Under the pieces are notes generated by a model. The model was not told where the DNA came from. It made no database searches and saw nothing but the letters and a program-made list of their open reading frames with translations. Positions 10,622 to 20,005 of a DNA stretch of 64,000 nt are shown piece after piece; the first letter of the stretch is position 1; each line of letters begins with the position of its first letter. Both the position numbers and the translations under genes were made by a program. This DNA is from Candidatus Latescibacterota bacterium (GTDB lineage Bacteria > Latescibacterota > UBA2968): assembly GCA_965116885.1 (NCBI GenBank), contig OZ220741.1, forward strand, positions 288,001-352,000. Reading direction: 5' to 3'.

Positions 10622-11425
10622 TCAATAACTTACGCCCTGCACACCCGGTGGCATCTTAGGCGGCAAGGGCTGAACAATTTTGCGACGTTCGGGCGTCAAA
10701 CGCGCAATCAACTCGGGCGAAGGCTGATAGCCGTATCGGTCATTGCCCCAGTGCGGACCATAGCGAATAATAGCAACGCGTCGTTCCCCCGGGCGCGTGC
10801 GCTCTGACGAACCGTGCGCCATACAATCCACAAAAAAAATCGCATCCCCCGCATTGAGCTGAATCTGAACAGCAGCTTCAACGCGATCCAGCGAATGCCC
10901 ACTACCCGTACCCCTGGGATCATTAAACGCAGGATGAAGCAAATTGGACTTATGCGAACCGGGAATCGCCATCGTCGCCCCATCGCCATCTCCAATATCA
11001 TTCAAGGCCAGCAAAATATTGATCTGTCCACACCGAAACTGATTGTTGTGAAAGCGAAACTGCGTGCGGATACGCCGCTTATGCGCACCCGAATGAATGC
11101 GCGTCGCTCCGCCCCGAGACCGAATATCGATAAATGACTCATCGATAAAAAGACCATCATCCCCACCGACAAAGCGCCTCATGTGATGAACCCACGGTGG
11201 ATGATCAATCAGGCGTTCAAAAGCTTCACCCATCTCAAAAATATTGTGCAAATGTCGTGCGCCCCCGCTCCGATGAACCCACCCCCGCCATCCATCGGGT
11301 TCGAGGTCGTCATACGTATCGATAATCTCATTGAGTTCGACGAGATGCTCGGCATCCACGGCATTTTTCAGCACAATATACCCGCGCAAATCAAAAAGGT
11401 ACTCTTCCATTTCAGTCGGTCGCAT
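10622..11425 (-). CDS. Phytanoyl-CoA dioxygenase (PhyH) family 2OG-Fe(II) oxygenase
   Basis: EEYLFDLRGY, IPGSHK, AGDAIFF, AHGS; start placed at the ATG overlapping the upstream HAD gene end. Confidence 0.8.
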   Translation of the reverse strand: MRPTEMEEYLFDLRGYIVLKNAVDAEHLVELNEIIDTYDDLEPDGWRGWVHRSGGARHLHNIFEMGEAFERLIDHPPWVHHMRRFVGGDDGLFIDESFIDIRSRGGATRIHSGAHKRRIRTQFRFHNNQFRCGQINILLALNDIGDGDGATMAIPGSHKSNLLHPAFNDPRGTGSGHSLDRVEAAVQIQLNAGDAIFFVDCMAHGSSERTRPGERRVAIIRYGPHWGNDRYGYQPSPELIARLTPERRKIVQPLPPKMPPGVQGVSY

Positions 11426-12101
11426 CATTTCCCCCAAGAATATTGCACAACTCCGACAAACTACTGATCTCATAATCAGGCTCCGGAATACCATCCCGCC
11501 GCACAGCCCCATCCCGGTTGAGCCATGCAATAGAGATACCAGCCCGCCTTGCACCCACAATATCGTCCTCCTGAGAATCGCCGACATACAGAGTCTGGTC
11601 GGGATCGGCGCTGAGAGCCTCAAAAGCACAAAAGAAAATATCGGGATTCGGCTTATAACACCGCGCGGACTCCGAACTGATCACAACCGGAAAACTCAGA
11701 TCATTAGCACGCAAAGCAGACATGAGATGCCCGTGATCCGCATTGGAAATCACACCCGTTTTCACATCGGACAGTGCATCAATAGCCGGTATCACATCGC
11801 AAAACAAGGGCACACGGCCAAAAGCATCAAAAAGACCTGCCGTATAAGACTCGGGATTCGCCCGCACATTCAAATCGGCAAACGTCTTCTCCAGGCCAAT
11901 AATATGCGCGTCCCAAAACGAAATAAAATCTCCCTCTCTCAACAGAGGAAAAAAGTAGCGATCCCAGTGATCGAGAAACGCCTCTTTACTCATATCGATC
12001 TGCAAATCATCCACAATAATCTGACACGTCTCGTACAGCGCATCAAAAGCTGTGTCAAAAAGCGTCCCATACCCATCAAAAAAAATCGTCCTGTACATCA
12101 C
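11412..12101 (-). CDS. HAD-superfamily hydrolase
   Basis: FDGYGTL, ISNAD, YKPNP, YVGDSQEDDIVGA. Confidence 0.9.
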   Translation of the reverse strand: MMYRTIFFDGYGTLFDTAFDALYETCQIIVDDLQIDMSKEAFLDHWDRYFFPLLREGDFISFWDAHIIGLEKTFADLNVRANPESYTAGLFDAFGRVPLFCDVIPAIDALSDVKTGVISNADHGHLMSALRANDLSFPVVISSESARCYKPNPDIFFCAFEALSADPDQTLYVGDSQEDDIVGARRAGISIAWLNRDGAVRRDGIPEPDYEISSLSELCNILGGNDATD

Positions 12102-12844
12102 CGATAATCCTCCGCATCCCCCTCGGGTTCAAAACCGAGCACATCGCGCGCATGTGTCATATCCCGATAGCTGTATTTGTTATTCGAAACCACATAAAAA
12201 ATATCAAACTTGAGATCATCGGATACCTCAATGCACGACTCGACCATACCAGCAATCGTACTTTGACTGCACCACACAGAATAACCCCGCGTCCCATTGG
12301 GCCGATCCTCGGCATTCACCGCACCAATACGCAGACAAATAACAGACAGATCCGTACTATCGGCATAATGCCGCGCCAAAGCCTCGCCCCAGACCTTCGT
12401 ACACCCGTAAATCCCACGCGGACGCGTGGGCGTCTGGTGTGAAAACTTATCCCATGTCTCGGGCACCTCGTCGTATCGCCCCGACACAATTGCACCATAA
12501 GGCAAATCGTTCTCCCAACCCGCTGTCACCGACCCGCTACTGGCAAAAATAACGCGCTTGACCCCGGCGCGGAGCGCCGCTTCAAAAACATTATAAGTCC
12601 CCACAATATTGTGCGCGACAAACCCCTCAAAATCGCTTCTAATCGCAGCAGCCAGATGCACAACCGTATCAACCCCCTCAAACGCCGGACAAATCGCGTC
12701 AAAATCCGAAATATCAGCACGCCGGCAATCCACGCCAGCCACATCGCGGCGATTCAGCGCGCGAAGCTCATACTTGCCCTCAAGCCGCTCGCGAACAGCC
12801 CCGCCAATAAGCCCACTCATACCTGTAATGAGAATTTTTTTCAT
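12098..12844 (-). CDS. NAD-dependent epimerase/dehydratase (uronate dehydrogenase-like)
   Basis: ITGMSGLIG, VHLAA, YGCTK, CLRIG. Confidence 0.88.
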   Translation of the reverse strand: MKKILITGMSGLIGGAVRERLEGKYELRALNRRDVAGVDCRRADISDFDAICPAFEGVDTVVHLAAAIRSDFEGFVAHNIVGTYNVFEAALRAGVKRVIFASSGSVTAGWENDLPYGAIVSGRYDEVPETWDKFSHQTPTRPRGIYGCTKVWGEALARHYADSTDLSVICLRIGAVNAEDRPNGTRGYSVWCSQSTIAGMVESCIEVSDDLKFDIFYVVSNNKYSYRDMTHARDVLGFEPEGDAEDYR

Positions 12845-12890
12845 GTGTTATCTCCCTGAACGTTTCACTTCTCTGTAAAACCACATCAGC

Positions 12891-12966
12891 GGGCGACCAC
12901 AGGGGGTCGCCCCTACAAACACCGGATTAACAATATTGTCGTAGGGGACGGCCCCTGTGCCGTCCC
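12891..12966. repeat. Doublet of GTAG-family REP palindromes
   Basis: GGGCGACCACAGGGGGTCGCCCCTAC and GTAGGGGACGGCCCCTGTGCCGTCCC; related copies at 21504, 21550, 24131, 28063 and 30879. Confidence 0.8.
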
Positions 12967-13101
12967 CAGCAATCAGCCCTTATCGCATCCTCAATCAGAA
13001 TACATTGAGAATCGGAATTTATCAAGACTGATTTTGCTTGTGGTTCTCTCTTCTTATGCCCGAAGCCAAATCTACGGAAGCCATCAGTAAAGCCCCAATA
13101 G

Positions 13102-13137
13102 AAAAAGCCCAACGATTTGAAAAGGCCGTTGGGCTTT
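13102..13137 (-). terminator. Intrinsic terminator (repeat copy B)
   Basis: AAAGCCCAACG-loop-CGTTGGGCTTT with a U tract on the minus strand; homologous to 14357-14418. Confidence 0.75.
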
Positions 13138-13173
13138 AAAAAAATAAGATCCGATTGAACGGTTTGCTGGCTG

Positions 13174-13446
13174 TCAAACCGGGCTGTGATGTTCTGTTTG
13201 AGACACTACAGGAACAACCTCTCGAATGGCATCCCAATCAATCACAGCAACCCACAGATTTTCTTTTTGGGAGAATCTAACCACACCATCCACTTCTAAA
13301 TCTTCGCTATAAAGGATCAGCGATTGTCCTTCTTTCAAAAAAATTTTCTGACATGCAAGGTCTTCTACAGTCCCAGCGCAGTTCAAACGCAACCTGCCTT
13401 GTGCATCCGCGTTATGAAAGTCTGCGAACACTCTTGGTTTTTTCAT
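13174..13446 (-). CDS. Hypothetical protein, 90 aa
   Basis: GGGAGAAG RBS; lies between a promoter-like repeat and a terminator. Confidence 0.7.
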   Translation of the reverse strand: MKKPRVFADFHNADAQGRLRLNCAGTVEDLACQKIFLKEGQSLILYSEDLEVDGVVRFSQKENLWVAVIDWDAIREVVPVVSQTEHHSPV

Positions 13447-13483
13447 TTTTACTTCTCCCGTGCAGGATTTGGAATTGAAGGAG

Positions 13484-13542
13484 ATATAGCCCCTATCAAG
13501 TATCTGTCAACACCTGACGCTCTAAAACTCGCACCTCTGCTT
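13484..13542 (-). repeat. higA 3'-end/promoter repeat, copy 3
   Basis: GAGGTGCGAGTTTTAGAGCGTCAGGTGTTGACAGATACTTGATAGGGGCTATAT matches 13920-13980 and 15755-15815. Confidence 0.85.
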
Positions 13543-13645
13543 CCCGGAGATCCAGATCGCGTACATGGATCACATCAATACCAAAGGTATCATGAATCCA
13601 GGGCGCAAGTTGGGGTGAGATATGAGCATCGAGCCACAGGATCAT
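13496..13645 (-). pseudogene. Truncated DUF5615/PIN-like toxin fused to the HigA C-terminal tail (49 aa)
   Basis: Not in the track. ATGA overlap with DUF433; reads MILWLDAHISPQLAPWIHDTFGIDVIHVRDLDLREAE then VRVLERQVLTDT*, the latter matching the HigA tail. Confidence 0.75.
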
Positions 13646-13866
13646 GCAGCGAGAACCGGATGGTTAAGCCGATCACTGGCAAATCGCAAACAGGCGCGAA
13701 TGTCCTCAGGTTCAAGGTCTGGATGCTCTGATAGAATTTGTTCACGGGTCAAGTCGTGAGAGAGCAAATCCAGCACATCCGTGACGCGAATCCGCATACC
13801 CCGAATACAGGGTCGTCCCCCGCACTGATTGGGATTGACCGTGATACGATCTGTTAGAGTAGCCAT
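13642..13866 (-). CDS. DUF433 family antitoxin
   Basis: RITVNPNQCGGRPCIRGMRIRVTDVL...HPDLEPEDIRACL. Confidence 0.92.
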   Translation of the reverse strand: MATLTDRITVNPNQCGGRPCIRGMRIRVTDVLDLLSHDLTREQILSEHPDLEPEDIRACLRFASDRLNHPVLAA

Positions 13867-13930
13867 AGCTGTCCTTTCTTACACAAAATCTTTGTCCAGC
13901 ACCGCTGACACAGAGGAAATATAGTCCCTA

Positions 13931-14242
13931 TCAGACATCCGTCAACACCTGATGCTCTAAAACTCGCACCTCAGCCTCCAATCGCTCACCGAGGCGATCT
14001 TTCTCCAACTCTAAATTGTAGCGTGTCTGAAGATTGAGCCAGAACCGATCTGTGGTTCCAAAGTAGCGCGCCAGCCGAAGCGCAGTGTCTGCCGAAATAG
14101 CACGCTTGCCGTGAACAATCTCGTTAATCCAGCGAGGGGGAACTGAGATGTCTTTTGCCAAACGATACTGACTAATACTCAGAGGCTCGAGAAACTCCTC
14201 AAGCAAGATCTCTCCCGGATGAATTGGGGACATTGTAGGCAT
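13931..14242 (-). CDS. higA: HigA family antitoxin (no upstream HigB seen)
   Basis: PIHPGEILLEEFL, SQYRLAKDI, DTALRLARYFGT, FWLNLQTRY; AGGAGG RBS. Confidence 0.93.
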   Translation of the reverse strand: MPTMSPIHPGEILLEEFLEPLSISQYRLAKDISVPPRWINEIVHGKRAISADTALRLARYFGTTDRFWLNLQTRYNLELEKDRLGERLEAEVRVLEHQVLTDV

Positions 14243-14379
14243 AGAAACCTCCTAATGGTAAATGTCAAATGTTATCACAATGACGAAGCAGATGATTTTT
14301 TTTCCTCGTTAAAGAAAGCCCGTCAGTCAATTATGAGCAACACTAAAAGCACTTGTGAAGCCGCCAGTAAGACTCGAAT

Positions 14380-14418
14380 AAAAAAGCCCAACGGTTTGGA
14401 AGACGCCGTTGGACTTCA
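14380..14418 (-). terminator. Intrinsic terminator (repeat copy A)
   Basis: AAGCCCAACGG-loop-CCGTTGGACTT with an A tract (U tract on the minus strand), downstream of the nuclease gene. Confidence 0.7.
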
Positions 14419-14517
14419 AGTAGCTTGAAGGAGGTCAAAAGGATCAATCTTCGGGTTCGGCGGGATTGTCTTTTGGGGCAAGGATTTTCCAACTACTGGG
14501 ATATTTTATGCTTTCTC

Positions 14518-15696
14518 TTACTGGCTTAAATGTTCTTTGCAAGACTCTCTGAGTGACCAGAAGGATTCCTCCTCCGCAACAAGTTTTATCAATTCACTTG
14601 CTGCTCCATAGAATCTATCCTCTTGATCTTCGCAAGATTCCGTTCCACAAAAGACATCCAGCATGGGCTTCCGTATGTGAATTGGGTGATATTTATTTTT
14701 TTTTGGTGCTTCGAAATCTTTCAAGTGATCGTAAAACTGCCATCCATCGTTCAACTGTTCTACTTTTTTTGGCAGCAATTCTTCCACCAACTTTTTATAG
14801 CTCTTTTCTTCGGTATAAAAATCATGTAGTGATTCGGAAAAACTAATAATCAAACAGAAATCAGGTCCCTTAACAGGGTCAATTGGCTCTGTTTTATGAT
14901 CTTCGCCATCTACCAAAATACCGACAAATATGCCTCCAGGACCGAGAGGTCCGTCTAAAGATAATAGTTCTAACCCTATCCTTCCATAATAATTATATTT
15001 TCCCCTTTGGAAGAGAATAGATAAATTGTAATCTTCTTTTATCATTTCTTTCCATTCTTTCTTATACTCCTCTCGTCCCTTCACTCTCCTTATGAGGTCG
15101 CTTATATTTTTTTCAAGATCCTTTGTTTCATAATGATATCGTATTGATGTATGAGATATTGGTGCTGGTGGACCTAATCCCTCACTTTTTAGCAGCTGCT
15201 GAAAGTCCCTAAAAAGGAGTTCGTTATTATCTCTTTTCTCCCAATCTGATATTAAATTGTATATATCACTCCAGCATAATGGGAGGTCGGGATCTTGTTC
15301 GTGTTGCTGTTGAGTCGCAGTAATTAGAACGATGCGATATTCGTCGAAGTTCCGTTTGGCGTATTCTTTGTAATTCGCAAGCTGATTTTCGTGAAGATGA
15401 CGCCACATCTTATGTTCAAAGATAATCGCTTTGTTCTCATCTTTAAAATGACAAACCATATCAGGGTATTTGCCGTCAAAACTTTCCTGAGTGAGCCACT
15501 CACAGTCATAGTTTTTAATGCTCCATTCCCTTCCTCTTTCCTTTAGTTCTTCTTCCAAATTTTGTAAAAAAAACTCTCTAAAATCGGGATAATTGTTCAG
15601 AATCCATGCAAAACCTTCGGTGATGAAGTTTTCCAAAGGATCTTGGTTCTCTTTTCGAGAATACCTTCTTAGTGCTTCAAATAAGCCAGTCGCCAT
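14518..15696 (-). CDS. PD-(D/E)XK nuclease superfamily protein (PDDEXK_4-like)
   Basis: ENFITE, YPDMV, IIFEHK, ENQLANY motifs; AT-rich. Confidence 0.72.
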   Translation of the reverse strand: MATGLFEALRRYSRKENQDPLENFITEGFAWILNNYPDFREFFLQNLEEELKERGREWSIKNYDCEWLTQESFDGKYPDMVCHFKDENKAIIFEHKMWRHLHENQLANYKEYAKRNFDEYRIVLITATQQQHEQDPDLPLCWSDIYNLISDWEKRDNNELLFRDFQQLLKSEGLGPPAPISHTSIRYHYETKDLEKNISDLIRRVKGREEYKKEWKEMIKEDYNLSILFQRGKYNYYGRIGLELLSLDGPLGPGGIFVGILVDGEDHKTEPIDPVKGPDFCLIISFSESLHDFYTEEKSYKKLVEELLPKKVEQLNDGWQFYDHLKDFEAPKKNKYHPIHIRKPMLDVFCGTESCEDQEDRFYGAASELIKLVAEEESFWSLRESCKEHLSQ

Positions 15697-15754
15697 TTTC
15701 CTCTACCTTTATATTTTTTTCGCAGTTGAACAATACATCAACCAGTTATCAAAA

Positions 15755-15852
15755 AATCACACCCTACCGAGCGTCTGTCAACACCTGACACCCTAAAACT
15801 CGCGCCTCAGCCTCCAATCACTCACCGAGGCGATTCTTGTCCAACTCCAAAG
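15755..15852 (-). repeat. Degenerate higA 3'-end/promoter repeat, copy 1
   Basis: Reads LELDKNRLGE*LEAEARVLGCQVLTDAR versus HigA LELEKDRLGERLEAEVRVLEHQVLTDV; contains TTGACA. Confidence 0.85.
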
Positions 15853-18800
15853 CTATAGTTGGATTTTTATCTCTTGCAGTTTCTGCTTCTGTTCAGATGA
15901 TATGTCTTGTTTAAGAAGCTTATCAATGAGTTCCTTCAGCCCTGAAAACCATATAGAGTCCTGCAAATTGCGTTTAGATAAATAAATCAACAATTTCGCT
16001 ACTCCATCTGGATAACGCTGCCATAGATCGCTTTCATTTATTTCGTATAACACCCGACAATTTTGTAACGGGATATCCGTGGGCATTTGGACTGCTAAAT
16101 CAACGGCTTCGGGAAATACCGCGGTCAAGTGCAGTAGCCAATTAAGCATATTTTCGAGTTCGCCAGACTCAAGAGCCGGCGGTGGCACAGAGTCTAAACG
16201 ATTCTGCCAATAGTGCTTGAGCCAACGTTGCCACAACTCCTGTTGTGTAGCTTCATCCATATCCTGCAAATGATAACCCAGATTTAACGTAAAGGCCTGC
16301 CTGACCTCTTGACTACTATATTGAAAAAGTTTGGGAATCCACTGAGCAATAGGGCCTTCAACGAAATGTGTGAGCATTTTGGTGTAGCATTCGATAAACT
16401 GGTCGCGTTGATCAAACAGGTCGCTGTCAATCCGCTCAATAGCTTTGAGAAAAAGATCAGCCATAACCTCAGCTACAGCCGAGTTAAGGTGTCCCCAAGC
16501 CAGAAAACCATCCCAAGCTGCTTGGAAATCATTATTGTCCGGATCAAAAAGCGGGAGCAGATTTTCTCGTGTCCATTCCTCATCAACAGCCAGGAGAAAG
16601 GCAAAGTAACTCGCAAGAATTGTCCGTCCAAGCCTACCCGATAGCTTCTGGTCCTGTACGATGTCCGACAGTGCCTGACGATATTCATCACTCAGGACCG
16701 TTGGCTCGGGATCTTGTTGCTTGCGCCAGAGCGAAAACCCCGACAGCCAAAATTGGGCAAGGATTCCCGCAGAGTGGTTATCCTTTTCCTCAATCACTTC
16801 TTCTCGTTCGAGACGACGCCACAAAGCCCTAGCGATCTTATTAGCCTGTGGAAGCAAGTTCAAGGCATAAGAGGTACCACCATCCTTTATCAGCATGTAA
16901 AGTGCATTGGCAATTATATGGCTATATTCGGGGTACAACTCGGTCTTGCCGAGCCAATGGAGTACTTTACTGTGTTTGTCTTCATCCAACTCCATTTCTG
17001 ACCAGGATCGTATCAAGACCGACCAGAGATCAACATCCCACTCTCCAGACCTGGCCAATGCGTCTGCCAAATCAAGACCCCAGTCAAAATCCTGTTTTAC
17101 TGCTTCTGCAATATTAACCAGGAGTTCTCTACGGTTAGGACCACCCCATTCTGAGCCCTGGAATGACAACAAATCATCAAGCCAATCTGCGGCTGATTTT
17201 TCCAGTAATTCTTCAATAGTCCATGGACTTTCATACGTGATAGAGCTACTCCAATGTGTCAAGTCTGGGTGTTCGCTTGGCTCAAATTGAGGATAAGCCG
17301 CTAACACTTTGTCCAAGGCTTGTTTAGCCAGGGCACAATTGGAATCTGATTTATGGAGCCAATCAAACCATGTAAAATGATGATAGGCTGTGAATTCTCT
17401 TCTCCGTTTGGGATCTTCATCGTTCCTCCAGCGATAATCCCACACAGCCTTAATGAGGACCTCTCGATATTGCGAACTGGCATCGGGATAGACTTTCCTT
17501 ATTGCTCGGAATATTTCTTGACGAGTACGTAAATCGTGAAGTCCTATATGTGTTAGAAGCCAATCTATTTTGTTGTCTGCAGTCATGTCTTTGCATTTGG
17601 ATATCCCATACACCGCCAATCGGCGCAACAGTGGCGCATCTGAACCCGCGAGCCGACCACACCAATATGCCGCCGTTTCTACCTGTTCCGAAGCCAGACA
17701 TTTGAGACAGTCGCGGGCTACATCAATTAACACATCAATCGCTTTATGAATCACGTCCTGATCGTGCGGCTCAATGGCCGAGCGAGTATAGCTCTCGCTT
17801 TCCCACTCACGATTTGCCTTTTGCCAGGCATGTGATGTGAGATACCGTTTTTCCAAATGCTTGATAACCCGCTCAAGTAAAGGTTCGGCTACTTGAGATA
17901 ATTTTGGCTTCAGACCACCCGTCCACAGTCTTCCTAATCCGAAGTGGCCACCTATCAGCGGTAATTCCACATCCACAGGAGTACTCTCACTACCCTCATC
18001 ATCACTATTCCGGCTGATACCTTCCTTTAGCCGTAGGCGGCTACTCGCCATCGCATCAAAAACCTGCAGCAGACTATCTAACATTCCGTGCTTAATACAA
18101 CATTCTCCGATCTGACGCAGTAGATCGTCGGTGTTTTCATGTATCGGAGCGGTGTCAAGCAAAAGAGAAATCCAGCGAGATAAAATGTCCTTATCCAAAG
18201 AAGTTTTCTCTTTTACGATAGACCAACCCAAATCACTCCAGAAATACGGATTCAGACGCATATTGTGCTTGCTAATCAGCAGGAACAGCTTATCTGCCTG
18301 GTTGCATGCAAAGTTCTTTGCCAACCACCATGACAAGGCTCGATCCCGCTCGCTGAGTGTGCCGTCCCCAAATAATGCATTTAGAATTCCTCGCTCATCG
18401 AGCCAATCAATCCATTTCGGGTCTGAAGCCGCTTTTGTGAAGAATCGGATCTTTGTTACATCCCCAAGTGCATACTCAATGAGATCCGCTTTTGTCCTGT
18501 CAAAGGGTGGCGGTTTTTCCGCGATCGCAGTAATCTTGCAGTGCCATTCGAGAACACTACGTTGGACAAGATCGGATAGACCACAAACACCCTCGTAGAG
18601 TGCGCCATGATCGTTCTCGTTTGGCTGCGGATAGCTGATCGGTTCAATTCCGCGTACACGCCAACGGTCTGCGTCATCGCTCTTTTCACCGATTAAAGCA
18701 AAGCGCGGTGGAACCTCGCCTCCAGGCAAAGCACGCGCCAGATAGTTCAAGATTACATCCTTGTGGCTATAGCCGACGAAAAGCACTGTGAAAGAATGAA

Positions 18801-19398
18801 ATAAATCGACGAGAAAACGCCGTGCCCATTCCTCAGTCAGATAGGCGCGACCAAAATCAGCGTCCGTAATCACCATCTCGTCAGAATGGCTGACTGCGCC
18901 GTGGACGTGGACGATGCCGTTGAAGCGATACCCCAAGGGCAATGCCGGAGCCCGGAACACATCGGGCTGGTTACTGGTGAAAACATCCTTTGCAGCCTGC
19001 TCAAACAAAAGGTCAAAATTGGTGGTAACGACGCGAACTTGCTCGGCGTTGGAATAAAGCCGTAGAAGATTCCGGTGTAATTCCGTAGCTTCTCGATCTT
19101 GGGGTAATAATCGTGCGGCACGGGCATGAATTTTTACCTGCGCCCGCTGCAATTCTCCGAGGAAATGGTCTATCGGCTCTTCTTCTTGCTCTTTTAAAAT
19201 TTTGCAGGTTTCTTCCGTCGGCTCTTTCTTCTGCAAAGTTTTTCCGGTTCCTTGCGCTATCATATCCGCTAAAGCTTTGAAGCTCGGAAGGCAAGCAGGC
19301 TCACCCATCGAAACGCCAGCTCCAGCGAAAACCACGAGTTTGCCATCGCGCAAAGCGTTTAATAGAGGTTTTGGAAAATCAATATTTGCAATTTTCAT
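15853..19398 (-). CDS. SIR2-domain (putative NADase) large helical protein, Dsr1/DUF4020-like defence sirtuin
   Basis: VVFAGAGVS, LPSF, VTTNFD, HVHG, DFGRAYLTEEWARRFL, LFVGYS followed by ~950 aa of Trp/Leu-rich helical sequence; 1181 aa. Confidence 0.85.
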   Translation of the reverse strand: MKIANIDFPKPLLNALRDGKLVVFAGAGVSMGEPACLPSFKALADMIAQGTGKTLQKKEPTEETCKILKEQEEEPIDHFLGELQRAQVKIHARAARLLPQDREATELHRNLLRLYSNAEQVRVVTTNFDLLFEQAAKDVFTSNQPDVFRAPALPLGYRFNGIVHVHGAVSHSDEMVITDADFGRAYLTEEWARRFLVDLFHSFTVLFVGYSHKDVILNYLARALPGGEVPPRFALIGEKSDDADRWRVRGIEPISYPQPNENDHGALYEGVCGLSDLVQRSVLEWHCKITAIAEKPPPFDRTKADLIEYALGDVTKIRFFTKAASDPKWIDWLDERGILNALFGDGTLSERDRALSWWLAKNFACNQADKLFLLISKHNMRLNPYFWSDLGWSIVKEKTSLDKDILSRWISLLLDTAPIHENTDDLLRQIGECCIKHGMLDSLLQVFDAMASSRLRLKEGISRNSDDEGSESTPVDVELPLIGGHFGLGRLWTGGLKPKLSQVAEPLLERVIKHLEKRYLTSHAWQKANREWESESYTRSAIEPHDQDVIHKAIDVLIDVARDCLKCLASEQVETAAYWCGRLAGSDAPLLRRLAVYGISKCKDMTADNKIDWLLTHIGLHDLRTRQEIFRAIRKVYPDASSQYREVLIKAVWDYRWRNDEDPKRRREFTAYHHFTWFDWLHKSDSNCALAKQALDKVLAAYPQFEPSEHPDLTHWSSSITYESPWTIEELLEKSAADWLDDLLSFQGSEWGGPNRRELLVNIAEAVKQDFDWGLDLADALARSGEWDVDLWSVLIRSWSEMELDEDKHSKVLHWLGKTELYPEYSHIIANALYMLIKDGGTSYALNLLPQANKIARALWRRLEREEVIEEKDNHSAGILAQFWLSGFSLWRKQQDPEPTVLSDEYRQALSDIVQDQKLSGRLGRTILASYFAFLLAVDEEWTRENLLPLFDPDNNDFQAAWDGFLAWGHLNSAVAEVMADLFLKAIERIDSDLFDQRDQFIECYTKMLTHFVEGPIAQWIPKLFQYSSQEVRQAFTLNLGYHLQDMDEATQQELWQRWLKHYWQNRLDSVPPPALESGELENMLNWLLHLTAVFPEAVDLAVQMPTDIPLQNCRVLYEINESDLWQRYPDGVAKLLIYLSKRNLQDSIWFSGLKELIDKLLKQDISSEQKQKLQEIKIQL

Positions 19399-19408
19399 GT
19401 TTGCTCAA

Positions 19409-20005
19409 CTATGCGGTATTGAGAATACTCTCAACCAATTTGTAAACTGTTGTACTACCGGGTTGACGCGGCCAATCCGCGCAGGGAGGATTATCGCGAA
19501 GTTTGGCTCGACGGACAGCGTTTTGGATCATATCGGGCGTGATCTTTCGGATATCAATATTCTTATCGTAGTCGGGAAGATGTCTCTTCAGCCGTGTGGA
19601 ACATTCGCGTGATGAACCGATCTGGGTACCATCTTCAAAATGGAGTAACAGCCAATACTCAAACCTGGGATTACTAAGGGCGAACCCGTAATTATCCTCA
19701 CCCTGAGACCATGTGTGGAGTTGCACCAACTCTTCATCCTTCCATTGGTCCTTATCTACCACCAGCCAGGCCTCATCCGAGGCCAACAAAATTTCCTGTC
19801 TGAGGCGGTCTTCCATACGCTTCAGGACCTGGATTGGGCTGTGATGTTTGCTTCTTAAGCACTTTACATGGACAACCGAATCACGGTCATTGAAAATGGC
19901 GAAATACTGGGGTTCGGTCTTAACCCCCTCTGTCGCTATAAGAAACAGCTTCCGGTAACGTCGCTTGCCAGGTGGTCTGCGAAATCTACGTCTTCTCGAC
20001 GGCAT
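19409..20005 (-). CDS. rloB: RloB family protein
   Basis: Basic N-terminus, [42 protein letters not shown]. Confidence 0.88.
   Translation of the reverse strand: MPSRRRRFRRPPGKRRYRKLFLIATEGVKTEPQYFAIFNDRDSVVHVKCLRSKHHSPIQVLKRMEDRLRQEILLASDEAWLVVDKDQWKDEELVQLHTWSQGEDNYGFALSNPRFEYWLLLHFEDGTQIGSSRECSTRLKRHLPDYDKNIDIRKITPDMIQNAVRRAKLRDNPPCADWPRQPGSTTVYKLVESILNTA

Noticed and set aside
13484..15852. GTTTTAGAGC inside the thrice-repeated element resembles the start of a type II-A CRISPR repeat
   Set aside because: Copies are ~0.44 and ~1.8 kb apart, encode the HigA tail (RVLE), have no 30-40 nt spacers, and no cas genes are present.
13076..15852. Integron cassette array
   Set aside because: No integrase in the window, and the repeats lack the RYYYAAC...GTTRRRY palindromic attC architecture.
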